Below the pieces are notes generated by a model. That model ran no database searches, was not told the DNA's origin, and saw nothing but the letters and a program-made list of their open reading frames with translations. DNA of 33,179 bases from Dirinaria sp. TL-2023a (taxonomy: Eukaryota): contig JAVEBF010000075.1 of the NCBI GenBank assembly GCA_051941275.1, positions 1 through 33,179 of the forward strand, read 5' to 3'. Shown here piece by piece: positions 23,683 through 33,179 of the stretch; the stretch's first letter is position 1; every line of letters begins with the position of its first letter. A program made the position numbers and the translations under genes.

Positions 23683-24900
23683 TTACAAAGGCTTTCCTTT
23701 TCGCTTACCGTTTTTGTGAGCCGATCCATTCGATTCAAGCTTGGCATCAGCCGCCTCGCTTTCTTTGGGTTGAGGAATATTGATATATTCCTCCTCGCCC
23801 TCCATGAGTTTCTCCTCACCTCCCAGCCGGGCGCCATATATCCTCTCCTTGGCTTTCCTATATCCCCAGACCGGTAATCGGACGAGCACCGTCTGCCTCC
23901 ATGTCGGTCGGGCGATCTCGTCCGGATCGAGTAGAAATTCGCCTAAGTTGCCATCCGCATCTTGCTCCTCCAAATACACGTTGCCCACCGAGTCTACAAT
24001 CAGCACTTTCCCATTCTCGGCCTGAACTCTCTTCTTCGCTCCTTGTGGGCCAATACTCTGCACCTCGGTCTGCTCCAGCGGAGTGCTTGTCCCACTCGGC
24101 TTCGTGCCGCTCTTTCCCTTCTTGCTCTCTTTCTTGTTCTCCTTCTCCTGCATTCTCTTCTGCCGTCTGTTGAGGGTCATGCCTGATGAATCCTCCTGTG
24201 CAGTCGCAGCAGCGGCCGGGGCGGACGCTGCATCAATTCCTGGAATGCCTGGAATGCCCACCTCATCACCCCATGCCGCACGCCTCGCATGCTTTATATA
24301 CCGTTCAACGAACTCCCTTTGCCGCTTCCAGCTCAAGTACAGCGCGGCATAATGTGCTCCGCCTCCACCAAGCACGAATAAACCCAGTAAGACAGACCCA
24401 AGTCCTGGCCGGAAACGAGCGTAATAATACCCAGTGCCTCTCCACTTGGGAAAACCATTCGCAAGAAAGAAATCGTAACGCTCGCGGCCAGGACCTTTGA
24501 GGATATTGGCAATAACCCCTAACCTTGCGAAACGTTCGCTTGCTTTCTTGACGTGGGCCTGGATTTCGCTTTCGGAAGGTGGTTTCGCAACGTGTACGCC
24601 CGGCTTCCGCTTTTTCTGGCCCGATTGGGGTTTGGAAGCTTTTTGAGCACGAGAAGCGATGAATGACTGCTTCGCCTTATCCGGGTGGATCAGCCGTGAT
24701 TTCTTGCGGTAAGATTTGCTTATATCTTCCTGAGATGCCGAGGATCGTACTCCAAGAAAGTCGTAGAAAGTGGTCTCTGGACCTTCGGTGGCGGCTATCT
24801 CGTCGCGCAAGCGAAAGATTTCATGATCCGCAGGCGTCCAAGAGGCTACCAGCGCGACGAGGGCAGTCCAGAGGAAGAGAGTAGTAGAGGAGATTCTCAT
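23683..24900 (-). CDS. ERJ5: ER membrane J-domain (DnaJ) co-chaperone, Erj5-like (405 aa)
   Basis: Signal peptide followed by 'WTPADHEIFRL', a J domain with HPD, 'RYDFFLANGFPKWRGTGYYYARFRPG' and a TM helix. The C-terminal KGKPL fits a KxKxx ER-retrieval motif. Intronless. Confidence 0.85.
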   Translation of the reverse strand: MRISSTTLFLWTALVALVASWTPADHEIFRLRDEIAATEGPETTFYDFLGVRSSASQEDISKSYRKKSRLIHPDKAKQSFIASRAQKASKPQSGQKKRKPGVHVAKPPSESEIQAHVKKASERFARLGVIANILKGPGRERYDFFLANGFPKWRGTGYYYARFRPGLGSVLLGLFVLGGGGAHYAALYLSWKRQREFVERYIKHARRAAWGDEVGIPGIPGIDAASAPAAAATAQEDSSGMTLNRRQKRMQEKENKKESKKGKSGTKPSGTSTPLEQTEVQSIGPQGAKKRVQAENGKVLIVDSVGNVYLEEQDADGNLGEFLLDPDEIARPTWRQTVLVRLPVWGYRKAKERIYGARLGGEEKLMEGEEEYINIPQPKESEAADAKLESNGSAHKNGKRKGKPL

Positions 24901-25704
24901 ACTGATTCTAAAGATATCATTGCCCTTGACTCATGTTTGGGTAGCGATGCTTTACGGAGTAATAATAAGATACTATTATCCGCAACCGATGGCCGGTAGT
25001 GTTGTATTATAGACTATGTACTCCGTAAGGTAGGTAGTAAGTAGTATTGGTGGCCTTTGGTTTAAATTTCTGGTCTGCCTCGGTCGCTCAGTTGCTATTG
25101 GATGCCAAGATGGTAAGTTTAGACGAAGCTTGGCAAAACCTTTCGTGCCGAAAACAAGTTTACTTTTAGGGAGTCAGTACCTACGGTAGTGTCCAGTCGG
25201 TGGTAAGTACGGTAGCTTAAAGTACGTTACCAAAGTACCTACCTTACTGTACCTCGTCCTTCCTTTCCTTTCTACTACAGAACGCTCATTCTGGGCTTGA
25301 CCTCGAAAAGTGGATGGTCTGCCCATCTGTGCCTCGTGCCAGGTCAGCAAATATCTGACCTCTGTGGCTCGGCTCCACCTGAGAAAAGGCCGTTCTCAGC
25401 CACTTAACCTTTGTCATTGTCTAACTATTATTGGGTCACTGCCCCAACAAAATTCCCCATCCGCATCACCTCCTTTATGAGCCAGCCACGACATCAGTAA
25501 AGATCCTGCACAGGCAACCATACCTAGAAATCGAGCCTCAAGCCGATTATAACTTGTTTTCTCGCAGTAACTTTGATATCCCTTTTACATCTGCATTTCC
25601 GTCACTCAATTTACTCCAATCCATCGAGCTACCTGAAGTTCGTACACACAACCAACTCCATTTGGGAACCCAAGTCTAGAGCGATTGTGTTTCTATTAGC
25701 ACAA

Positions 25705-26235
25705 ATGGCACGCATTCAAATTCCTCTGGACGCGTTGACCTCGCGGTTAAATTTGGGATCGAAATTTGAGAGCGTACGTTCTCAGTCAATCAGCACGAGA
25801 TTTGCCAACCTCAAACCCGTTTCCGAATTCCTCGACCTGAAGCGTCTCTCCAAGCCTGCAAATTTTGGGGAGGTACAAAGCAGGGTCAACTACAACCTAG
25901 GTTACTTCTCGAGCAATTACGTGGCAGTGGCTTGCATGCTTGCGATTTACAGCCTGCTGACGAACCTCACACTTCTTTTCGATATTATATTCCTCGGCTT
26001 CGGCCTCTTTGGGATCAAGAAGCTGGACGGCCGTGATCTAGAGCTAGGCTTCACCCGATTGACGACTTCCCAGCTTTACACCGTTTTACTAGTCATCACA
26101 GTCCCTCTGTTCATCTGGGCGTCGCCGATATCTACCGCATTATGGCTGGTTGGAGCTACCGGCGTGACGATCCTTGGCCACGCTTCCTTCATGGACAAAC
26201 CAATTGATACAGCTTTTTCCGAGGAGGCGGTCTAG
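25705..26235 (+). CDS. YIP3: Prenylated Rab acceptor PRA1 family protein Yip3 (Rab-GDI displacement factor), 176 aa
   Basis: MARIQIPLDALTSRLN...LKPVSEFLDLKRLSKPANFGEVQSRVNYNLGYFSSNY, two hydrophobic hairpins, and a C-terminus of GHASFMDKPIDTAFSEEAV. Confidence 0.92.
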   Translation: MARIQIPLDALTSRLNLGSKFESVRSQSISTRFANLKPVSEFLDLKRLSKPANFGEVQSRVNYNLGYFSSNYVAVACMLAIYSLLTNLTLLFDIIFLGFGLFGIKKLDGRDLELGFTRLTTSQLYTVLLVITVPLFIWASPISTALWLVGATGVTILGHASFMDKPIDTAFSEEAV

Positions 26236-26284
26236 GTGGTCGGCCGCGAACTCCATACGATATGCCCCATTGGGGAAGACCATC
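26214..26284 (+). promoter_or_regulatory. -1 programmed ribosomal frameshift signal: slippery heptamer U_UUU_UCC plus downstream pseudoknot
   Basis: TTTTTCC at 26214-26220 is phased X_XXX_ in the YIP3 frame and followed by a 6-nt spacer. Stem 1 is GCGGUC (26227-32)/GGCCGC (26242-47). The loop GGUGGUC (26235-41) can pair with GACCAUC (26278-84). The -1 frame is open to 27464. Confidence 0.85.
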
Positions 26285-27464
26285 AGCGGCTCGGCAGGGA
26301 AGGAGGCGCAAAGGTTGGGACACGTATGCAAGGCAAAAGGAGAATTGGCGTTTTGAAGACATAGATAGTGATACAGATAATAGCGACAGCGTCGGGTTAG
26401 AGGGTTCTTTCGTGAGCGATGAATTGCATTTTACGGGGGCTGATATAGGAGACCGCGGTCGGCATCGGCGTGCTATCACCCATGATTACAGTTCGGACTC
26501 GTCGGTCAATGATCCTGACGAAGAGTCAGAGGCCATGACCCAGTTGGCTTTGCGAGACAAGGAAGATATGCTCGTACAAAAGGCTTTGGAGCGTATACGG
26601 CGCGCACAGATGATGGGAAAATCAAATGTCAAATTATCTCAGCGCGAACTTGATGCACTAGAGCGCAAACAGCAAAGAAATCGATCGAAACGAAAACCTC
26701 CACGGTCGGACTCCAAGCTTGCAGGCAGACGGCGCAGCAGTGGTGCCACAGTTCCAGTACTGAAAGAAGAGAAGTCCCGAAAGAGAATCAAAGGTGTAGC
26801 ATCCGCACACGACGAAGGAAGGTCTTCAAGTCCCGCGTCTCCGCCAGGCATGTTGGTGCCTGGCCATGATGGGCCATCCAATATACCACTTGGCTACTAT
26901 CCGGTGACGACTAGGGCCCAAGGCAGGCATTGGGGACAAGCGTCTCCCAGGTTTTTGAGCCAACAACAGTCCAGCCCACCATTGGCGCAACACTCGAGAA
27001 GCCGAGGCCAGCAGAACCGACAATCACCTAGCAGCACTACGCCTTCACAGCCGACTCCTGTAAGCGGCACGCCATCGCTACATCGAAGTCTCCCTGATGA
27101 TCCGGCTTGGATCCCTCGCCCTCGCTCGGCATCTTCCAACCTACCTTACCCGTTAGATCCCTATCAATACCAACAACACTCCCCTCCGCATCCGCAAGGA
27201 CCGGGCCAATATGTGGCAAACCGGAGAATCGTCTCTGGTCCACCAGATGTTCATTATCCGGATATACAATACATGGGCACTCGCCGAGTAGTGGCCTTAG
27301 CTCAGCCGTCTGCAGCCTCCTCCGAGCCATCACTTTTGCGGCGAGAGTCCTCGTCTCGACGACTCGATCAAGGAACGTACAGTGAAGAGGACAGCGATTC
27401 TGAAGGCAATGGCGTCCAGGTCAATGTAGTGCCCTACGAGCGCGGCTATAGCGCAAATCCGTGA
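26217..27464 (+). CDS. YIP3: Frameshift-accessed C-terminal extension of Yip3 (415 aa in the -1 frame; fusion about 586 aa)
   Basis: The -1 frame reads FRGGGLGGRPRTPYD-MPHWGR... without a stop from the slip site. It includes a helical block 'QLALRDKEDMLVQKALERIRRAQMMGKSNVKLSQRELDALERK' within a Ser/Pro/Arg-rich disordered chain. Confidence 0.8.
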   Translation, partial: FRGGGLGGRPRTPYDMPHWGRPSAARQGRRRKGWDTYARQKENWRFEDIDSDTDNSDSVGLEGSFVSDELHFTGADIGDRGRHRRAITHDYSSDSSVNDPDEESEAMTQLALRDKEDMLVQKALERIRRAQMMGKSNVKLSQRELDALERKQQRNRSKRKPPRSDSKLAGRRRSSGATVPVLKEEKSRKRIKGVASAHDEGRSSSPASPPGMLVPGHDGPSNIPLGYYPVTTRAQGRHWGQASPRFLSQQQSSPPLAQHSRSRGQQNRQSPSSTTPSQPTPVSGTPSLHRSLPDDPAWIPRPRSASSNLPYPLDPYQYQQHSPPHPQGPGQYVANRRIVSGPPDVHYPDIQYMGTRRVVALAQPSAASSEPSLLRRESSSRRLDQGTYSEEDSDSEGNGVQVNVVPYERGYSANP

Positions 27465-27657
27465 TCCGAAACTTTGATGCCCAGGCCTTTGAGGGGCGAG
27501 CGGCAGAGGCTAGTCTTGAAGCTACGGTCTGATGTGGGTATATGACTAGGGCGTGAAAATCTTAGGATGCTAGCAACAGCCTTCCTTTCCGTATCACAGA
27601 AAGCATCATACATGCTGTGGATCCGCTCGATCAGTCGTCAAGTGCTGTCTGCATGTC

Positions 27658-28676
27658 CTAAACAAGCAGTATCTCTCTAATTTTCGCTTGCACTTGCTCA
27701 TCGACACCAACCTTATCTCTTAGATATTGTTTCACACCTCCGTGTTTGCTATCTAGCTCAAGGACAACAGCATCGACGAACCCTTCTGGACAGTCCGCAA
27801 ATTCCCTTCCCATCCCAAGCTTTGTAATTTCTTGAATCCTGTCATCCATTTCTGGCTCCAACTCCCTCCTACTGGTCATATAGTCCCGCGCTATAGCGTG
27901 GACGGGCACTTCGAGTAGCAATAGAAGCAATACGATCGCAAGTCCGGTCCTGTCCTTCCCCTGCGTGCAATGAACCACGATCGGGTATTGATGCTTGCCA
28001 GCAAGCAAGTGGAATACTTCCTGGATCTCGGCAGTGCTATATGCTAAAGTGTCCAGCGCTAAACCGATCAAGCCGCGCGATGCCATGACTTCAGCACCGA
28101 GAATTGATATGGCTTGCAGGCGGTAACCGAGAGCCATCAGAGAGAGCAGCTTAAACAGACTGCGCCACGAGAGCCGCCAGAGAAGGGCGCGTTCCATGGC
28201 GGTGCCGGTCAGCGAGACATAGTGATATGTTAGAGCCGGGATCTCAATCGAAACGGCGGATTTATGCTTCTCGATTTTCTGTACATGTTCCGTTCTATCT
28301 TACAGAGATAAGTAGGCCATCCAAGGGTTTATGAGCATAAGCAAGAAAGGGAGAGCGGACTTTGAACGTAGATCAATGATGCTTCGAATCTGCTTGTCAC
28401 TAACCAGAGACTCTCTGTCTTCACTGCTTGCCTCATCAGGCTTTTGCTGCGGTCAGTCTTGGAGCGGCAGCCAAAATCGACCGACTTACTCTGGCACTTC
28501 TGAACAACCTCCCTTCGCGCAAAACGCTGTAGCTAGTGAGCAGACTGAGAACGGTCTACCATGCTTTCTACTGACACATCACTCTGTAGACGATTCACTG
28601 TCTCACCGACATCACGGAAGTTCAGGATGCTTTTGAAAGGGCTGGAAGGAACTTCTTGGAGCTCTGCCGTCGCCAT
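27658..28676 (-). CDS. Protein tyrosine/serine phosphatase, PtpB/IphP-like (Y_phosphatase3) family, 284 aa
   Basis: Exons 28676-28576, 28526-28490, 28440-28361 and 28294-27658 give 'ILNFRDVG', 'GRLFRSARPDEAS', 'IRSIIDLRSKTE', the P-loop 'VHCTQGKDRTG' and 'IARDYMTS'. Confidence 0.88.
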
Positions 28677-29070
28677 CTCCGGCCGCGAGCGATCGAAACC
28701 CAAGTATCTTCTCCGGACCGAGTGCTATATATGCATGAGAGCATTCACCGTCAGGTTCAGAGAACGGATGAAGCTCCCGTCACGACCCGAAATGCATTGA
28801 ACGTCGATTCAAAATGCGTTTGGGGAAGCGCCGAATGAGGCGTTGATAGTGCCCGGTAACAATAATGTCGGTTCAGTAGTTTGGGAGTGAAATCGCAACA
28901 GCTATCGTCTACTCCACAGTCGACCCTATTGATGTCCAACTCGGGTTTATTTGATGGCCAATCAATGTGCCTCTCATGAAGATTCTAGACTGTACGTATT
29001 CTGGTGGACTTGGAAGATGCATGAAGTTAAGGTACTGATTCCTTCCCTGATCCTTGAACAATCAAATGTG

Positions 29071-29094
29071 CACTGCCACTGCCACTGCCACTGC
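29071..29094. repeat. (CACTGC)4 hexamer tandem repeat in a divergent promoter
   Basis: cactgccactgccactgccactgc is seen directly in the sequence. Confidence 0.8.
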
Positions 29095-29472
29095 TTGAAA
29101 CAAGAGAGGTGGCTGTCAGGTACGGCTACTACATTAAGGTACGAGTACCTCCCTTACTATACATACTTTAAGGTACTAAGGTATACCTTACATTATTACT
29201 TTACCAAGGTCGGAGTAAGAAAGTGACGGGAATTTAATAGGCGCCACGACGTCATATTCTGCCGCGGAGCGAAGTTGGCACTAGAGTATCATAGGTAGAC
29301 AGACTGAGTAGCCAGTAGCCCCAATCATTCTTGCGCCCTACCGAATCTCTCGTTTTGCAAGCGCCCTGCCACAGTATCTTCGACTTCACGCTACTGGTGT
29401 CTCTTCCTGCAACAATTAAGAATCTTTGCCTGGGGGAAGGAGGTCTAGATCTGAGACTCCCTATAGGCCAGC

Positions 29473-32400
29473 ATGGCCTCCACGAAATCACAGAAGCTTG
29501 AGGACCAGGGTACGTACATTCCGCTACGTCCACGTGGTAGGCTAACGGAGTGAAGCTGCTACTGCTGCACTCTATGTGACGAGAGGCGGAGCGAAAGGCC
29601 AAAGTAGTAGTAAAGCGCAGCCGAAAGGCACCTGGCCCCTTGACGAAGACAACAAACTTTCCTCAGCAGGTGCGCGATCCTGATTCTTTCCACGTGCTTC
29701 CCACTGACAACTTGCTGCAGGTGCAGCGACCTCGCTCAAGTATGCATCTCCCAAGGACCTACCGTCGTACCCAACTACCGGTATACCAAACACGGATTCT
29801 TCAGCTGGAGCCGCCGCGAGCTTGGCCAATGCCAACCACAAGGAGTTTGAACATTGGAGGCCGGAAGGCTCAACGCCGGCAACTAAGGCGGCGATGATGG
29901 CCAAGGACTACAAGATGGCTCCATTGTGGCAACCAGAGCAGAGTGCTGCAGGCTCTAAAGCTGCACTCCTTGCACAGAAGGATGGAGGTCAAGTCGATGT
30001 CTGGAGGCCAGAAACAACGGATGCGGGAAATTCAGCCGCAGGACAAGCCATGCGTGCCAAAGGCCTCGTTCCAAACGTTGACGCCGGTGTCACTGAGGAA
30101 GGTGAAAGAAAAGCTTTACTTGCAGCGACAGGTGCTATCTCAGGGAGCAGGAGAAGATCGGGATCTACGCCCACGGTGAAAAGTCAATACCCTGATTCTG
30201 AAAATGCTGCTTCGAATGCCCTCAGCGCTGCGACCGTTGCAAACAAGCCCGCAAAGAAGGCACCACAGCCAGCGCCAGCACCGGTGAGACCGCCTATAAA
30301 TGCGAAAAAAATCCATGATGCCGCTGTGACGAACCTGTCCCGTGAGATGTACACATCACACCCTCCTGTAGCTCCAGAACTGGAGGAGCAAAATAGACAA
30401 GCTGGTTTGCGGGCAGCAGCAATGTCCATGGCGAAGCAGATGTACGACATCCAGCAAAGAGCAATCAGCGAAGCGGGCGCTGGGAGACGGCCTGATAGCC
30501 ACTACGCTGCTGCGAGCGTTCACAATAGAGCGGACTCGGTGGCGTCCAGCGATGACTCGCACTATCCTCCAGCCCCTTACGTCAATTTACAAGAAGCGGC
30601 TCAGAAACTGGCGGCTGAACGTTTAGCAAAGCTGAACGATGAACATGCAGCTTACAGAAACTACTACGGTCAGAACTCCTCAAAGCCGCAATCTAAGCTA
30701 TCTATCCGCGGTCGACAGCGACGACGAGCCTCTAGTGACGGACAAAGCCGGGGCGATGACGAGGAGCGTTCTATGCAGATAAGGTCAGAAATGTCTCTGT
30801 TCCAGGACAAGCTGGCTCAAGTGGACGCCAAAAAGCGTCAAAAAGACCGTGACTCTCTGTTGGCAGCAGCGCAGAGAAATGTCCGAGCCAGCATGCATGG
30901 GATGGACGAAAGAGTCTTCTCCGAAACCGGAAAGGCTTCACCAGCTATGATGGAGGAATGGGAGGCCAAAGCGAAAGCACGTGCTGAAGCCGATAGTAGT
31001 GCAAGAATGACGAACCATGGCAAAGTCAATATCGGTGGCGGTAAATATCTCGATCAATCTGAAGTTGATGCGATTGCAGCTGCCAAAGTTCAACCTACTT
31101 TGGACGAGGTTAGTGCTAAAGCAGAGCAACAGCGGGCTCGTGATGAGCAAATTCGTGCGGAAAGGGAAGAGCGAGTACGTATTGCTAGAGAAAAGGAGGA
31201 AGACCAGAAGCTCCGCGATCAAATGACCAAAGAGGAGTGGCAGCGCTTCAAATGTAGTCTATACTCTCCTAAGGGATTTTGGTACTCTGCTGACGTAGAA
31301 CAGATGAAGAGAAGCGTGAAGCGCAAGCTAGGAAAGACGAAGAAAAGGCACGGAAAGCGGAGGAGAAGAGAAACAAGCGTAAATCCAAGGATACGAAAGG
31401 CGTCGAAGTGCCTGGTGAAGTATCTGAAACCGAATCAGAGCCACCAGCTCTTGATCCAATACCTACGACGGAGCCGATTACTGTGGAACAACCATCGATT
31501 GAGTCCTCAAACGTTGAGGAATCCAATCTCGAGCCTACCTCTACCACGGATACTAAATTAGGATCGACCACCACAGACGAGCCCGCTACTTCCGTCGAGC
31601 CAGAGACCACAAGAGAAAGCACGCTAGCTCAAGCAGGTCCTCTCGATGCTGAAATAATTGCTGAGCGTGTGCTCTCCGCACCTGTCGAGGATGAAATTTC
31701 AAAGCTGAGCACTCCAGCAGCACCGACAATGAATGATCCAAAGGCCAAAGACGTACCAGAAAGCCCTGTAGCTAAAAGTCCAGAGACTTCGCCTGCCTCG
31801 CCCATTAAACACACCGAACCAGTCACCAGTCGCATTGCTCCCTCAATTCCCCCAGGTCCAGCAACCGCACTAGCTCAAGCGCAATCAGGTACTAAGACAA
31901 CCGTCTCCGCTGGGGACCCGAAATCTCCTAGTAAAGACGGCAAATCCGAAGGCAAAGTCTCCTCCTGGCTAAAGAACAAACTGAAACGCAGTAATAAGAC
32001 CGCCAAGTCGACGTCCGAGCCGGGCAAGGAAGCTTCCTCCGAAAGCGCACCTCAGGAAAAAGGTTTTGTCGGCGGCGCTGCGCTAGCTGCGACCAGCAAC
32101 TCCAGCGTCAACCGCACCGGCACAGGAGACTCGGAGCGCGAGGTTGCCATGGCCGGTAAGCCGCTTGCTTCCGCTGCGCCAGCTCCGCCGACGACAACAA
32201 CGACAACAACGGACGGTGACCTCTACAGCGCTTCCCCCGCCGCCGCCGGACAGCCTCGCCGCAGCCTTTCGTCCTCATCCATTTCCTCCCTGTCCAGCTC
32301 TGAAGACGAAACTCGCGGTCGCACACGCCTCGCGCGGGAGCCCAAGCCCATGACGCATAATCTGCGCCAATCCCTGCGCGGCGAGCACCCCGTCGGGCCC

Positions 32401-32631
32401 ATCGCGGCCGGCGGAGCAGAAGCTGTGGATCCAGCCCCAGCTGCTACGGGCACGGGCAGAAATCTCGATCGGGATAGCAGCAGCGACGAGGCCGCGAGCG
32501 AGGAATTCGAAGAGGCGAAGGATACTTTCGACAGTGAGGCTTTGAAACCCCCGAAGACTGTTGGAGCCGAGGGCGGTGGCAGGGCGAGCGATAGTCCGGT
32601 CCGGGATAGCAAGTTCAGCGAGGATTTGTGA
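29473..32631 (+). CDS. EIS1: Eisosome protein Eis1-like (about 1003 aa)
   Basis: Exons 29473-29509, 29556-29669, 29721-31253 and 31304-32631 splice in frame. Ala-rich N-terminal repeats, 'NLQEAAQKLAAERLAKL', the Eis1 domain 'LLAAAQRNV...KVNIGGGKYLDQSEVDAIAAAKVQPTLDEV', a coiled coil, and a C-terminus of 'SKFSEDL'. Confidence 0.8.
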
Positions 32632-32673
32632 TACAGACTATGTGTGTGGAATTAATGAATTGAGGGGCAAATC

Positions 32674-33016
32674 AGAGAGAGAGAGACAGAGGAAGGAGAG
32701 CACTGATCTGGGGAATTTGAAGAAATTTGGTTCCCTCGGAACTGTTGTTTTCTTTTTTTGCTTTTTCCTCTGATCATGATATGATTTTTTTTTTTTGTGT
32801 TTGCCCGAATCTAAGACGTACTGTACTTTAATTTGGTACTTGTAATTGCGAGCGGTGCTTCACTTCTTGTTATGTTAATCCCTTTTCACCTACCTAATGC
32901 GTTCGTTTTCCATATGGGTCCTGTATTATTTTAAGCGAATGCCCTTTTTTTTTTTGTTTTTTTTGTGTGTGTGTGCTTGCAGTTTCAGCTACTTCCTATT
33001 TCCCCTCCCCCCCCCT
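32674..33016. repeat. Low-complexity downstream region: (GA)n, poly-T runs, (TG)n and poly-C
   Basis: Homopolymer and dinucleotide runs downstream of the EIS1 stop, typical of a 3'-UTR or terminator region. Confidence 0.6.
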
Positions 33017-33179
33017 TCTAACTATAGTAGTATAAATGAAGCGAAATTAAAGCGAGAAATCGAGAAAAAATATCGAAATGTCGAATCGTGCCACGCGTGA
33101 TGATTTTGCGGGACTTTTGTCCATGAATATGCCGCGTTTTTTCCTTTTCGCATCGTGCTGAAATTTGGTCCTGTTCTTG

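Noticed and set aside
26262..27464. Independent gene or dicistronic second cistron starting at ATG 26262
   Set aside because: It starts only 26 nt after the YIP3 stop and the frame is open upstream to a slippery heptamer with a stimulator, so frameshift fusion explains it better. Reinitiation is not formally excluded.
31250..31561. Apparent frameshift between overlapping EIS1 ORFs 29822-31561 and 31408-32631
   Set aside because: Explained by a 50-nt intron at 31254-31303 with a GCTGAC branch site.

Overview
Gene-dense region of a filamentous ascomycete (Pezizomycotina) nuclear genome, with short GT-AG introns of mostly 46-90 nt and CTRAC/CTAAT branch sites. I can model about 14 protein-coding genes, mostly housekeeping. 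In order: NatB auxiliary subunit MDM20/NAA25 (-), COX23 (-), an Fe(II)/2OG-dioxygenase-like protein (+), a small orphan ORF (+), a Psh1-like RING E3 ligase (+), RRP9 (-), proteasome beta-4 PRE1 (+), SAD1/USP39 (+), an uncharacterised membrane protein (-), UBX5 (+), an ERJ5-like J protein (-), YIP3/PRA1 (+), a PtpB-like tyrosine phosphatase (-) and eisosome protein Eis1 (+). Four features stand out. (1) YIP3 ends in a -1 programmed ribosomal frameshift cassette (U_UUU_UCC, 6-nt spacer, H-type pseudoknot) that would fuse it to a 415-codon extension. (2) The uncharacterised gene at 18373-21040 has two oversized introns; one holds a well-formed box H/ACA snoRNA candidate and the other a longer structured RNA candidate. 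(3) The PRE1 start codon is split by an intron (AT|G). (4) Dense AGGTA/TACCT/GTAC motif clusters occur in almost every promoter. No mobile element, tRNA, rRNA or CRISPR array was recognised. Gene models and RNA folds were made by eye, and family assignments come from recalled motifs rather than database searches.
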